Source of the DNA: Sumerlaeia bacterium
GTDB taxonomy: Bacteria > Sumerlaeota > Sumerlaeia > SLMS01 > JAHLLQ01
Direction: 5' to 3'
DNA length: 64,000 bases
NCBI GenBank assembly: GCA_040219255.1
Contig: JAVJSW010000060.1
Coordinates: 64,001 to 128,000 of the forward strand
Shown: piece by piece, positions 1 through 9,958 of the stretch
Layout: every line of letters starts with the position of its first letter
Position numbering within the stretch: the first letter of the stretch is position 1
Notes under the pieces: model-generated
Databases searched by the model: none
Seen by the model: only the letters and a program-made list of their open reading frames with translations
What the model was told of the DNA's origin: nothing
Position numbers and translations under genes: made by a program

Positions 1-190
1 GGAGCATAGTCAGGACGGCTCGCCGGTAAAGTGGAAATGGTTGCAGGCAACGGAAGTGTCCGCTGGCGGACAAGGCCCGGCGCCTTCGGGCTTGAAATCC
101 CGCGGGCCAGGCCTTACCCCAACGGGCCGGCCGGGCGGGAGGCTTCTTGCGCCCCCGCCGGCAATCCGCTCCGAAGAGCCCCCACGCCCC

Positions 191-823
191 ATGTCCGCAC
201 CCCTCGCCACGAACGATCTTTGGTACGAAACATTCCCCGAATTGGTCGCCCGATGGTTCAACGCCAAGAGTTCGGCCGAGCGGCTGAGGCTGGTGAACAG
301 CGCCCGCATTTCCATCGCGGCGGAGGAGCGATCCCGCACCCTGATGGAGCACGCGCGTGTCAAGCCGCTGCCGAAGCTGACCACGGCCCGCCAATGGGAT
401 GTGCGATGGGAGCCGAAGGCGGCCTGGGAGCACGTGCGCAAGGGCATCCGGCGCTTCAACTGGGACTGCAAACGCACGAGAACCAGCGTGGTGCGTCAGG
501 AAATGATGATCGCGGCGCAGGAACTCGATACGGGAACGGGGGGGGCGCCCTTGGTGCTGGTGGAGGACCGGGTGCTGGAGACCCTGGCGGCGAAGGCGAA
601 AGCGGGCGGGCTTCTGTTGAAAGCGTCGCCGGCGGACCTGGCGCCGCTGGTGCTGGCGCGCGAGTTATTCTGGCTCGCGGCGGAGGCCAAGCCCATGGCC
701 GGCGCGGGCGAGTACCTCGATGAACTCGCCTGCCACGATTTCGTGGAACGGCTGCTCGGTCTGCCGTTCAGCCCCATGGTGTTCGATTTTCTGCCCGATC
801 CGCCCCGCCCGCCCCGCGCATGA
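191..823 (+). CDS. hypothetical protein
   Basis: ORF with host-like codon usage; ATG at 191 chosen (ORF track extends to 41); stop overlaps the sua5 start (ATGA); no family recognised. Confidence 0.65.
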   Translation: MSAPLATNDLWYETFPELVARWFNAKSSAERLRLVNSARISIAAEERSRTLMEHARVKPLPKLTTARQWDVRWEPKAAWEHVRKGIRRFNWDCKRTRTSVVRQEMMIAAQELDTGTGGAPLVLVEDRVLETLAAKAKAGGLLLKASPADLAPLVLARELFWLAAEAKPMAGAGEYLDELACHDFVERLLGLPFSPMVFDFLPDPPRPPRA

Positions 824-1761
824 CCCGGCTGCTCGACGCGGACGCTGGCGGAATCGCCGAGGCCGCCGCCCTGCTGCGTGCCGGAGAGGCGGTCGCCATC
901 CCCACGGAAACGGTCTATGGGCTTGCCGCGGACGCCACCAATGCGGCCGCGGTGGAACGGATTTACGAGGCCAAAGGCCGCCCCGCCAACAATCCCCTGA
1001 TCGTCCACGTGCCGGGCGCGGAGGCGGCCGCGAGATGGGCGGGCGCTTGGTCCGAGGACGCCGCCCGCCTCGCCGGGCGGTTCTGGCCGGGACCGCTGAC
1101 GCTCGTGGTTCCGGCGGGCGAGGGGCTGGCCTCGAACGCCTTGGCCGGAGGGGCGACGGTGGGTTTGCGGGCCCCGGATCATCCGGTGGCGCTGGAGTTG
1201 CTGCGTGCCTGCGGATTGCCCTTGGCGGCACCGAGCGCCAACCGCAGCGGGTCGCTGTCGCCGACGCTGGCCCGGCACGTCGTCGAGGGCCTGGGGGGCC
1301 GTATCGCGGCGGTGCTCGATGGCGGACCGTGCCGGGTCGGGATCGAATCGACGGTTCTGGACCTGGCGAGCCCCCAGGCCCCGCGCGTCCTGCGCCCGGG
1401 GGACATATCGGCGGAGGCTATCGCCCAAGTCCTCGGGCGCGCCGTGGGGCGGCTGGCGGCGGAGGCTCCCGCGTCCGGGCCGCTGCTGTCGCCGGGTTTG
1501 CTCACACGCCACTACGCCCCCGCGGTTCCGCTGCGGATCGTGGCGGGGGAATTGCTGGGCGGGGCGCCGGGGGACGCGGCGGTGTTGCGGCTGGGGCGCG
1601 ACCTGCCGGAGGACCCGCAGGCCTTCGCCAGCGAACTCTATCGCCGGCTCTGGCTGGCACAGGCGGCCGGCGGGCGCGAGATCTGGCTGGAGAAACCGCC
1701 GGAGACGCCGGAATGGAACGCCGTCTGGGATCGGCTGCGGAGGGCCGTGGCGCGGGATTGA
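820..1761 (+). CDS. tsaC: L-threonylcarbamoyladenylate synthase (Sua5/TsaC)
   Basis: PTETVYGL, KGRPANNPLIVH, FWPGPLT, APSANRSG, GIESTVLD and C-terminal SUA5 motif SPGLLTRHYAP. Confidence 0.95.
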   Translation: MTRLLDADAGGIAEAAALLRAGEAVAIPTETVYGLAADATNAAAVERIYEAKGRPANNPLIVHVPGAEAAARWAGAWSEDAARLAGRFWPGPLTLVVPAGEGLASNALAGGATVGLRAPDHPVALELLRACGLPLAAPSANRSGSLSPTLARHVVEGLGGRIAAVLDGGPCRVGIESTVLDLASPQAPRVLRPGDISAEAIAQVLGRAVGRLAAEAPASGPLLSPGLLTRHYAPAVPLRIVAGELLGGAPGDAAVLRLGRDLPEDPQAFASELYRRLWLAQAAGGREIWLEKPPETPEWNAVWDRLRRAVARD

Positions 1762-1976
1762 GGGAAGACTTGGGCTGGCCGGCCCGCTGGCGGGGGAGGG
1801 CGGGCAGGTCGACTCGCTCCAGGAAAAGGCGTTCATCGGTCAGGGCTCCGGTGAGGATGCGCGGAGTCTAGGCGAAGAGAGGGCGAAAAGTCAATGGGTT
1901 TTCGTGAAAATTTCGCCCTTTGAGGCCAATCGTTGGACCATGGAGGTTCAGAGAGCGCTCCGGAGGACCGAGCTTT

Positions 1977-3014
1977 CTAGTGCTGGCGCACGAGAATTTC
2001 GTCCACCAGTTTGCGCATGATTTGGGCGGCGCGGTTGCTGGGGGGGAAGTCTTCGAGGGCGGCGATGGCTTGGGTGGAGAAATCGGCGGCCACTTCGAGG
2101 GAGGTGTCGATGGCCTTGTATTTGTGGACATAGCCCTGGACAGTGGCGAAATCGCGGCCATTGCCCAGCACGGCGCGCAGGGCTTCGCGGTCCGGGGCGT
2201 CGGCCACGGCGAGGGTTTGAAGGAGCGGAAGGGTCTGCTTGCCTTCCTTGAGGTCGGCTCCGACGCGTTTGCCCCAGTTGTCGGTCTGGGCTTCGTAATC
2301 CAGGGTGTCGTCGGTGATTTGATAGGCCATGCCGAAGGAGAGGCCGTATTGGGCGGCGCGTTCGACGTCTTCGTATTCGGCGCCGGCGATCATGGCGCCG
2401 AGGCCGGAGGCGGCGCTGAAGAGAATGGCGGTTTTGCGCTCGATGATGGTCATGTAATCGTCGACGGTGAGCCAATCGCCGCGGCGCTCGATCTGGAGCA
2501 TTTCGCCCTCGGTCATTTTTTGCGTCGTCTGGGCCAGGAGGCGGAGCGTGGCGGGGTTGAGCGTCGAGAGGGCGAGGTCGAAACTGGTGGCGTAGAGGAA
2601 ATCGGCCATGAGGATGGCGACGTCGTCGCCCCACTTGGCGTTGACGGTTTCGCGGCCTCGGCGCAGGGGGGCTTTGTCGATGACGTCGTCGTGCAAGAGG
2701 GTGGCGACGTGGAAGAGTTCGATGGCGGCGGCGAGGGCGATGTGGCCGTCTTCGCGGTCGGCGTCGTAGCCGTGGGCGCGGGCGGCGAGGCAGACGAGGG
2801 CGGGGCGGAGCATTTTGCCGCGGCCTTGGCGGACGTAGGCGGCGACATCGCGCATCAGGTCGCCCTGCACGTCATAAGCCCGGTCGATGGCGCCGCGGAC
2901 GCGCTCCAAATCCGCACCGATGTAGTCGTACAAATAATCCACGAGGTGAAGGCTCTCCGTCTGCTCCGTTCCGGCGATTGTGCTTTTTTTCACAAGCCCG
3001 CCGGTCTCGAGCAC
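1977..3014 (-). CDS. trans-polyprenyl diphosphate synthase (IspB/HepT family)
   Basis: GKMLRP, LLHDDVID..RRG first aspartate-rich motif, YQITDDTLD second motif, DLKEGKQTLP; start uncertain. Confidence 0.92.
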   Translation of the reverse strand: MLETGGLVKKSTIAGTEQTESLHLVDYLYDYIGADLERVRGAIDRAYDVQGDLMRDVAAYVRQGRGKMLRPALVCLAARAHGYDADREDGHIALAAAIELFHVATLLHDDVIDKAPLRRGRETVNAKWGDDVAILMADFLYATSFDLALSTLNPATLRLLAQTTQKMTEGEMLQIERRGDWLTVDDYMTIIERKTAILFSAASGLGAMIAGAEYEDVERAAQYGLSFGMAYQITDDTLDYEAQTDNWGKRVGADLKEGKQTLPLLQTLAVADAPDREALRAVLGNGRDFATVQGYVHKYKAIDTSLEVAADFSTQAIAALEDFPPSNRAAQIMRKLVDEILVRQH

Positions 3015-3135
3015 CGGAGCCGAATCCGGGCCAATCCCGAGCGAGCGCTTCCGCGCCGCCAGTCTCGGACAATTCAGAGCGAAAACCGGGCGCGGTCAAG
3101 CGCATCATTTCCGCCACCGCCACTCCTTGCGATCC

Positions 3136-3441
3136 TTCACCACAGAGGACGCAGAGGACAGAGGTTTCACAGAGGTCAGTTGGAAGGGGTGGTTGGAATA
3201 GAGGCTTTCTCCAGGCAAGTCCATGAAAATAAGTGATCTGTCAGTCTGGTGATGATCTCTCGTTCTTGTGAATGAACAAGAAGGTGCGGTGATCTTGGCG
3301 ACTTGACGCCTTGCTGATCTCTATTCTGAACGAACGAGTTGTCATTTCGCAGCCAGCGAGCCCGGGATCGGGACTTGCCGATGGGTGCCGTTGACTTGAA
3401 ACCCAGTGATTCTCTCAGCGTTCCGTGCGCCTCGGCGGTGA
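3136..3441. repeat. intergenic element with inverted 9-bp-periodic arms (copy 1)
   Basis: Left arm TTCACCACAGAGGACGCAGAGGACAGAGGTTTCACAGAG (3136-3175); right arm is the reverse complement of TCACCGCCGAGGCGCACGGAACGCTGAG (3412-3441); AT-richer interior. Confidence 0.7.
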
Positions 3442-3474
3442 TTTCTTGAACCCTCAGGCGCCTCTCTCCGGTTC

Positions 3475-3519
3475 AAAAAGAAAAGGGACCCCGCCGCACC
3501 CAGCGAGGCCCCTTTCTTC
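3475..3519 (-). terminator. probable intrinsic terminator of the DUF3370-like gene
   Basis: Minus strand GAAAGGGGCCTCGC...GCGGGGTCCCTTTTCTTTTT, an imperfect hairpin plus U tract shortly after the stop at 3556. Confidence 0.55.
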
Positions 3520-3555
3520 CGGATGGCGCCAGCGGCGGACGGAGCCCTGCTCCGC

Positions 3556-4963
3556 CTACTGTGCCGTCACCCGTAAGAAGTATGGCAGCGACGCCGTGCC
3601 CAGCACCATGGTGCGCAGGCTGACAGTTTTCGATTCGCCGGGTTCGAGCGTCAGGGGCCCGGCGGCCTCCAGCATCGATTCGTCGTAGTCCGGCTCGACG
3701 GAGCCTTCCGCCGACTTGCCGGCCCAGCCGATGATCGTGGGCAGCTTCTCCAGTTCGGTGAGCGGCATCGCTTCGTCCGCCACCGCCATCTGCCAGACGA
3801 GGCCAACGCGGGCGTCTTCCTTGCCGTAACGAAGGTCGACGGTCTTTGGCTCGGCTCCGCCGTTCATCAGCGTCATCGTGACGTAGTATTCCATGTGATA
3901 GTTGCCGATGGAATCGGGCCGCACATAGGGCGGATGGAGCAGCAGGGGCAGGGTCTGCTGGGCCTGGCGGCAGCCGGCCGACTGGATTTCCGGCAGCGTC
4001 ATGGGGAACGTGACGCGGCCGCCGTCCTTTTCCGGCAGCGCGGCCACATCGATCACGACCGGGTCGCTCTGCCAGAGGACGTTGCGGGCCGTGCCGACGA
4101 CGCGCCGCAGGTGGCAGTCGGGCGGCGGAATGAGCAGGTCCATGTAGGTCTCGCCCGAGTCCGCGCCGGTCCCCATCAAAGCCGCCACGGCGTCATCGTA
4201 ACGCGCCGGGTCGGTGCTGCCGGGCAGGGAGAGCACGGTCACTTCAAGCTTTGGCCGCCGGTGCACGCCCTGCGGGGCCGACACATCGGCGCGGACGATA
4301 CCGGTGACAAAGGTGGCGGCGGTATTGTTGTCGTCCTGCAGTTTGCTGTTCAGCTTTTTGGTCATGCCGATGACCGCGCCCTGGCCGGGCTCCAGGGTCA
4401 GTGATCCGACCGGCGTGTCCCAGTCTTCTTCGAAGACGGCGCGGCCCAGTTGGCTTTCCACGCTGGTTGGCGTTCCCGCGTTCCCGCCGTGGAACATGGC
4501 CTGGCGGGGTTCGATGCGGGCGGCGATATCCCCGATGTTCTCGACATAGACGACGATGCGGCGGGTTTCGTCCGGCGAGAGTTGCTTGGCCAGATGGTAG
4601 AGGAACACCTCGAAGGAGTCGTCGATCCCGCGAAAGCCCTTGTTGACCTGGGTTCGCATTTCCTCGGGCACCGGCTCGCCCTTGTCCGTCTTGAACGGGG
4701 GCAGGACCGTCTTGGTCGAGTAGAGGACACCGTTGGTGTAGTAGATTTCGGGCAGGTCCGAGTCGATGCGGTAGTAGGTGCGGGGGCTGTTGACATGGCG
4801 GCCGGGCAGCAAATGACCCACGCAGCGCTCGCAGTCTTCCTCGCTCGCGAGGGGTTGGAGCGGGGTCGGTTCCGCCGTGGAAAGGGGGGCAAAGGTGAAG
4901 AGGTTCAGGAAGGCGCAAAGGCCAATCCAAGCGGCGGACCGGGCAATGGGTCGGGGGGGCATA
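3556..4963 (-). CDS. exported protein, DUF3370-like
   Basis: Signal peptide (AAWIGLCAFLNLFTFAPLSTA); DSDLPEIYYTNGVLYST, FEVFLYH and GNYHMEYYVTMTLMN resemble DUF3370 motifs as I recall them; start at MPPRP chosen. Confidence 0.6.
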
Positions 4964-5151
4964 GTATCGTCTCCTCCGGCAATATGAGTCGCTTTCTGGA
5001 CTCTAAGAGTCATAACGTAGGAGAGCGGATTGGCCATGACAAGAGTTTTCGGCAAGTAGTTGCGCCGGAAAGTCGAATCGGTGCAGGAAACTGTGTAAAG
5101 AGTGACAGGCCCGGATATGGGAGGTCGCATTTCTCTCGAGGTTCGGGCGCA

Positions 5152-5188
5152 GAAAAAAGGGCCGGGAGAGCATACGCCCCCGGCCCTT
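5152..5188 (-). terminator. intrinsic terminator
   Basis: 10-bp stem AAGGGCCGGG/CCCGGCCCTT followed by a T run on the minus strand, downstream of the stop at 5228. Confidence 0.75.
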
Positions 5189-5227
5189 CGACTGATTCTT
5201 CGCTGCCTGTTTGGCCGAACGGGCCTC

Positions 5228-5698
5228 TTAGCCCGCCGCCGCTCCCGCCATGGCGGGCTCGGCTTTCCTGGCCTTCTTCTTGGAGCCGCAGGACCCGCAG
5301 CCGCCGCAGCTCTTGATCTTTTCGGTCAGCACGGCGATCTTGAGTTGGCCGATGAATTCGGTGCCTTCGGTGTCGCAGGTGATGGATTGGGCGACGCATT
5401 CGCTGCCGATGCTGCCGCATTCCCGGCCGGTCAGCACGGCGAGACCCGCGCGCACGGCGAAAAAGTGTTTCAAGTACAGGAATTCGAGCGTTTCATCCTC
5501 GTTCGGATACGCTTCCAGGAATGCCTCCACATCGTCGTTGAGAAGGTCGTCTGCCCGCCGTCCGCGAATCCAGGAGAGGATCAGTGAGCGCTCGCCCACG
5601 GCTTTGCCGCAGGAGCGCTTGATGAGGGAATAATCGAGGACGTTGTCGTCCAGGTCGAGCACGAGACGCACGGTCTCTGTGATGTCATTGCAAGGCAT
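5228..5698 (-). CDS. Cys-rich hypothetical protein, possible Fe-S/metal binding
   Basis: MPCND start, RSCG, ECGSIGSEC, TCD and C-terminal CGGCGSC; host-like codons; own terminator. Confidence 0.75.
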   Translation of the reverse strand: MPCNDITETVRLVLDLDDNVLDYSLIKRSCGKAVGERSLILSWIRGRRADDLLNDDVEAFLEAYPNEDETLEFLYLKHFFAVRAGLAVLTGRECGSIGSECVAQSITCDTEGTEFIGQLKIAVLTEKIKSCGGCGSCGSKKKARKAEPAMAGAAAG

Positions 5699-5844
5699 AA
5701 AGGAGGAAAAGAATCCTTCTGAGAATGATGTCGCATCCCGCGCACCCCCCGGTTTCCGGGACTGCCGAGACGCACCGAAGAGGAGCACAAGGCGCGCCAA
5801 CTGGCAAACGATTTCGCACGGCGTAACGGAAAGCTGTTGGATTC

Positions 5845-6147
5845 TTCACCACAGCGGGCACAGAGGACAGAGTTTGCACAGAGGTTGCCAGAATAGCGGT
5901 TGAGGGGGATAGCAAGAAAAGCAGTAAGTCCAGTGGGGAGAATAATCGGTCGCTGCTTCTGGATTTTTCAACTTCCTGTTCGTCAGAAAAGGAGTCTCGA
6001 TCTTCGAGGATGTGTCTCGAACTTTTGGGAATATCAAGAAAAACCAGGCTCCCGCGTTCCGTACGCGAAGAATTCGACAAACGCCAGAATCCCTGTGCAA
6101 CCTCAAGAACTCCAAACTTCTCAGCGCTCTCCGCGTCTCTGCGGTGA
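5845..6147. repeat. intergenic element with inverted arms (copy 2)
   Basis: Left TTCACCACAGCGGGCACAGAGGACAGAGTTTGCACAGAG; right arm is the reverse complement of TCACCGCAGAGACGCGGAGAGCGCTGAG. Confidence 0.72.
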
Positions 6148-7320
6148 TCACTTAGAGGAACCCCGGGCCGCCAGCGCCGCCTCGTACACGGCGATCATTT
6201 CCCGGGCGAGGCGTTCGGGGGCGTAGGTTTCGGCGACGGCGGCGCGGGCGGTTTCGGCCAGGCGGCGTCGCTGCGCCGCGTCGCACACCAGGCGCCCGAT
6301 GGCCTCCGCCAGGGCGGCGGGGTCCTCGGGCGGCACCAGGAGGCCCGTCTCGCCGTCGGCCACCATCTGGGGCAGGGCGCCCACGTGGGTTGCGATGACC
6401 GGGACGCCGCTGGCGAAGTACTCGACCGCGATGCGGCTGAAGCCTTCGCTGCCCCGGCTGGCGATGACGCCGATGTCCAGGCTCGCGATCAACTCCGCCG
6501 GATCGGCCAGGGTCCCCCGGTACGCCACGCGATCGGCCACCCCGGCAGCCACCACGGTACGTTCGTGCAGGGCCTCCAGCTTCGGGTTTTTCAGGCTCAC
6601 TTTCCGCCCCGCCACCAGCGCCCGCGCCTGCGGCTCGTCCTGCAGCACCCGCGCCATCGCCTCCAGGAACACGTCGTGGCCTTTGACGCGTTGCCACCGG
6701 CCCAGACAGCCCACCAGCACCGCGTCTTCGGCCCCGGCGCCGAGCCTGGCCCGCAGGCGTTCGCTGCGTCGGCCGGGGCGATAGGCGCTCGTGTCCACCG
6801 CGCCCAGAATCACGCGGCGGCGTTCGGCGGGCAGGTGGGCGCCGAGGGTCCCCAGGCCACGAAAAGCCACGTCGCTGATCGCCGTCACGGCGTCGGTGCC
6901 ATAGCGAAAGAGCCAGCGATTCGCGGCCCCCTGCTTCATCGGCAGCACCACGTGGCGTGTGCGCACGATGGCCGCGCGGGGATGGGCCACGGGCCGCAGG
7001 AACGCCGCCAGCCAATGCTCCTTGCCCCGCCCGGCGTGCACGATGTCCGGCGCCAGATCACGCATCAACCGCCGCGCCGCCGCGTACTGGGCCAAGGCGT
7101 TCGGATCGCCCGGGCGGCGGTACTTTTTGCTCAGCCGCCACGGAATATCGTGGATCGTATAGGGCGCGCCTTCGCGGTCCAGATCGCCGCCGATGCCTCC
7201 GCGCGCCGGCACCGCCATATGCACCTCGACCCCCGCCCCGGCGAGAGCCCGGGCGAGAAGCTCCGTCCCCGCCGCCTCGCCGATCCACCGGTGGGCTGTG
7301 TTGAAGAGGAGGACTTTCAT
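6148..7320 (-). CDS. glycosyltransferase family 4 (GT-B fold)
   Basis: GRWQRVKGHDVFL, SRGSEGFSRIAVEYFASGVPVIATHVG (E-x7-E), GETGLLVPPEDPAALA. Confidence 0.92.
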   Translation of the reverse strand: MKVLLFNTAHRWIGEAAGTELLARALAGAGVEVHMAVPARGGIGGDLDREGAPYTIHDIPWRLSKKYRRPGDPNALAQYAAARRLMRDLAPDIVHAGRGKEHWLAAFLRPVAHPRAAIVRTRHVVLPMKQGAANRWLFRYGTDAVTAISDVAFRGLGTLGAHLPAERRRVILGAVDTSAYRPGRRSERLRARLGAGAEDAVLVGCLGRWQRVKGHDVFLEAMARVLQDEPQARALVAGRKVSLKNPKLEALHERTVVAAGVADRVAYRGTLADPAELIASLDIGVIASRGSEGFSRIAVEYFASGVPVIATHVGALPQMVADGETGLLVPPEDPAALAEAIGRLVCDAAQRRRLAETARAAVAETYAPERLAREMIAVYEAALAARGSSK

Positions 7321-8381
7321 GGGGACTCCGCTCCCTGCACCATGGCCCGGACAATGTCGGCGGCGTCGCGGATTGTGTCGTCGTTTTGTTCGATGTAAGG
7401 TTCGATTTCCGATGTGGGAATACAGCCGCAGGTCACCACGTCGGCAATGGATTTGCGGATCAGGCCGAGGCTGGGCTCGTCGGGGAAGTTGGGTTTTGAA
7501 AGTTCGTTCGGTCCGGGGCCGGGGGGCTCGGTGCCGTCGTAGTTGGGGGTGACGAAGCCGTAATACTTGTAGTAATAGAAGTTTTCAGCGTCAATGTTCA
7601 GCGTTTCGGTTGTGTATCCATCCATCTTGAAATGGACTCGCATAGGGCCAATGGGGGCATCGAAACCGAACCGTGCGTGAGAAGGATCGTAAGGCGGCTG
7701 ATCGTTGCGAAGGTGATCACCCCAATTGAGAAAAAAATCAGGGAATGGACCATCTGTTGTCGCTGATGGAAACACATGCGTATCCATGCCCCTGTCGGCC
7801 AGTCGATTCCCATTCAAGTACTCGACAGTGATCGTAACCGATCGTTCAGATAGATTTGGAATCCAGGTAATCCCGCTTTGCAACGAAGGTGTTGTGCGGT
7901 TAGATGTGACACTCATAAGAAAATCAATTCTCACAAAGTCATCTGTGGTTTCGGATAGGCTATCGGAAACATCCTCCCCAAACGGCCTCAGCGACACCTC
8001 GCTTGCTTTCACAGGAACGAACCATGTAACCGTTGTTCCATTCACAAAGCTCTCTGCTCCCAGGTATCCTGTCACACATGTACCTACTCCTGGAATTTCA
8101 GGAGCTACTGTCTTGAATGAAAGGGGTGTTCCGGCCGCAATTGGCAACGTTTCTGCAAAACCGACGTCCGGTTGGAAATAAGGCAGGCCTCCTCCATGTA
8201 CGAAAACATATGTCGCATCTTCCGAGCTTGGTTTCAGGCGGGTGTTAAATCCTGTTCGACCTTCGAGATCATAGAATTCGGCTAGTATAAAAGTTGTTCG
8301 GTTAAACGAATCGCCACTGACCGGGAAGGGAAATCCGCCCAACATTGTAGCCAATACGAGTAAACAAGGAATGGTTCGCAT
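7317..8381 (-). CDS. secreted protein with dockerin/EF-hand-like C-terminus
   Basis: Signal peptide; GGAGG RBS; C-terminal EQNDDTIRDAADIVRAM; the N-terminal three quarters are visibly lower in GC. Confidence 0.7.
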   Translation of the reverse strand: MRTIPCLLVLATMLGGFPFPVSGDSFNRTTFILAEFYDLEGRTGFNTRLKPSSEDATYVFVHGGGLPYFQPDVGFAETLPIAAGTPLSFKTVAPEIPGVGTCVTGYLGAESFVNGTTVTWFVPVKASEVSLRPFGEDVSDSLSETTDDFVRIDFLMSVTSNRTTPSLQSGITWIPNLSERSVTITVEYLNGNRLADRGMDTHVFPSATTDGPFPDFFLNWGDHLRNDQPPYDPSHARFGFDAPIGPMRVHFKMDGYTTETLNIDAENFYYYKYYGFVTPNYDGTEPPGPGPNELSKPNFPDEPSLGLIRKSIADVVTCGCIPTSEIEPYIEQNDDTIRDAADIVRAMVQGAESP

Positions 8382-8382
8382 T

Positions 8383-8604
8383 TTATCCTCCCACTGCCAG
8401 GGCAGACATCGCGTGGTTGCCGGAAACCGGATCGATCACCAGAAACTCAAGCGTCGAGCCGGACGAGACGCCATTGGTCGCGGCCGCCAGACCCGCCGTC
8501 GGCACATTGAAATTGGTCGTTCCCGAACCCTGGTACCCCAAGTTTCCGACCCGCTTCCAAGCGGTGCATTGGTCGGACGAGTTCTTCTGCCATCGCTCTG
8601 CCAT
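8383..8604 (-). CDS. 73-aa hypothetical ORF, possibly a remnant of a larger extracellular protein
   Basis: ATG overlaps the thiO stop (TGATG); its last codons and stop (GGA GGA TAA) form the RBS of the next gene; Gly/Ser/Thr-rich. Confidence 0.45.
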   Translation of the reverse strand: MAERWQKNSSDQCTAWKRVGNLGYQGSGTTNFNVPTAGLAAATNGVSSGSTLEFLVIDPVSGNHAMSALAVGG

Positions 8605-9725
8605 CACGACCTGCCTCCCACCCCCACAAACCGCTCCGCCGCGAACTCCTCCCACGCCGCTTCGCCATCGTACAGCCCCGCCAGCACCTCGCCTGTCAGG
8701 GGGGTCAGGAGGATGCCGTTGCGGAAGTGGCCGGTGGCGACGAGGACGTTGCTCCAGCGGGCGATGGGGCCGAGGAGGGGGGCGGCGTCGGGGGTGCGGG
8801 GGCGGAACCCGGCCCAGGCCTCGGCCAGCGGACAGTCCGCCAGCGCGGGCACGAGGCGGGCGGCGTCGGCGTGGAAATCGGCCATGACTCGGGGGGCGAC
8901 CGTGGTGTCGAAGCCGGCGCCGGGTTCTTCGGTGGCGCCCAGGACGACGCCCTGGCCGGGACGGGGGGCGAGGTAGAGGGCCTTGAGATGGATGATGTGG
9001 CGCAGGAGGCCGTCCGGCGCGGCGATGCGGCCGACCTGGCCCTTGACGGGCCCGACGGGAAAGCGGACGTCGAGGAGCCGCGCGACGGCTTCGCCCCAGG
9101 CTCCGGTGGCGGCGAGGAGCCGTTCGCAACCCACCTCGCCCCCGCCGGCCAGCCGCAGCCCGGCGACGCGGGCGCCGTCGGCGATGACCTCGGTGGCGCG
9201 ATCTTCGAGGAAAACAAACCCCCGGCGGCGCCCCGCTTCGCGCAGGGCATCGTGGAGCTGGCGCGGGTTCAGGACGCCCTCGGGCAGCCAGAGGGCGCGC
9301 TCGATCGCGGGGGCGAGAGCGGGTTCGGCGGCGCGCAGGGCGGGGCCTTCGAGGATTCGGTGCGCAAGCCCGCGCTCGGCGATGTCGCGGCATTTGGCGT
9401 CAAAGCGCGCGTCCTCGCCCAGGAAGGCGGGGACCAGGGTGCCATTCCAGAGACACTCGACGGCGACGCCCGATTCCTTAGTCAGGCGGTCGAGCCAGCC
9501 GCCGCGATAGCGGGCGAGGCTTTCCGTGCAGAAGCGGGCCAGGGGCGAGTCTTCGGCGAATTCGGCAAAGGGCGCGAGCATCCCGGCGGCGGCGCGGGAC
9601 GCGGGCAGGGCGCCGGTGTCGGCGTCCAGAATGGCGACGCGCAGCCCCGGATGGCGGTCGTGGATGGCGCGGGCACAGGCCAGGCCAATGACTCCGCCGC
9701 CCAAAACCAACAGATCGCAATGCAA
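8604..9725 (-). CDS. thiO: glycine oxidase (ThiO/DAO family)
   Basis: LVLGGGVIG FAD-binding motif, ASRAAAGML, PVKGQ, WAGFRPRTPD..PLLG, ATGHFRNGILLTP. Confidence 0.9.
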   Translation of the reverse strand: MHCDLLVLGGGVIGLACARAIHDRHPGLRVAILDADTGALPASRAAAGMLAPFAEFAEDSPLARFCTESLARYRGGWLDRLTKESGVAVECLWNGTLVPAFLGEDARFDAKCRDIAERGLAHRILEGPALRAAEPALAPAIERALWLPEGVLNPRQLHDALREAGRRRGFVFLEDRATEVIADGARVAGLRLAGGGEVGCERLLAATGAWGEAVARLLDVRFPVGPVKGQVGRIAAPDGLLRHIIHLKALYLAPRPGQGVVLGATEEPGAGFDTTVAPRVMADFHADAARLVPALADCPLAEAWAGFRPRTPDAAPLLGPIARWSNVLVATGHFRNGILLTPLTGEVLAGLYDGEAAWEEFAAERFVGVGGRS

Positions 9726-9760
9726 GGGGGTCGCCGCCTTTCCGGGTCCTTCTTATTTTT

Positions 9761-9911
9761 TTACCACAGAGGGCACAGAGGACAGAGGTTTCACAGAGAG
9801 AAAAAGTTTGGGTTATCCTCAGTCATCCGGACAGGGAAGCGGGGCCTGCGGCGGATTGACGTAACATCTCTCGCCTCAAACATCTCCGTGCCTCCGTGTC
9901 TCCGTGGTGAA
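9761..9911. repeat. intergenic element with inverted arms (copy 3)
   Basis: Left TTACCACAGAGGGCACAGAGGACAGAGGTTTCACAGAG; right arm is the reverse complement of TTCACCACGGAGACACGGAGGCACGGAG. Confidence 0.75.
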
Positions 9912-9958
9912 TTCGTGTCGAAGGATCAAGCTCCGGGCGGAGGCGCGGGGCGGGGTCT

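Noticed and set aside
3136-9911. CRISPR array interpretation of the recurring CACAGAG repeats
   Set aside because: Copies are kilobases apart, degenerate and inverted; no regular spacers and no cas genes
9726-9950. TPP riboswitch upstream of thiO (CTGAGGATAACCC on the minus strand)
   Set aside because: The downstream conserved core (CCTGA..GG.TAAT.CC.GCG.AGG) is absent; the region is explained by the repeat element
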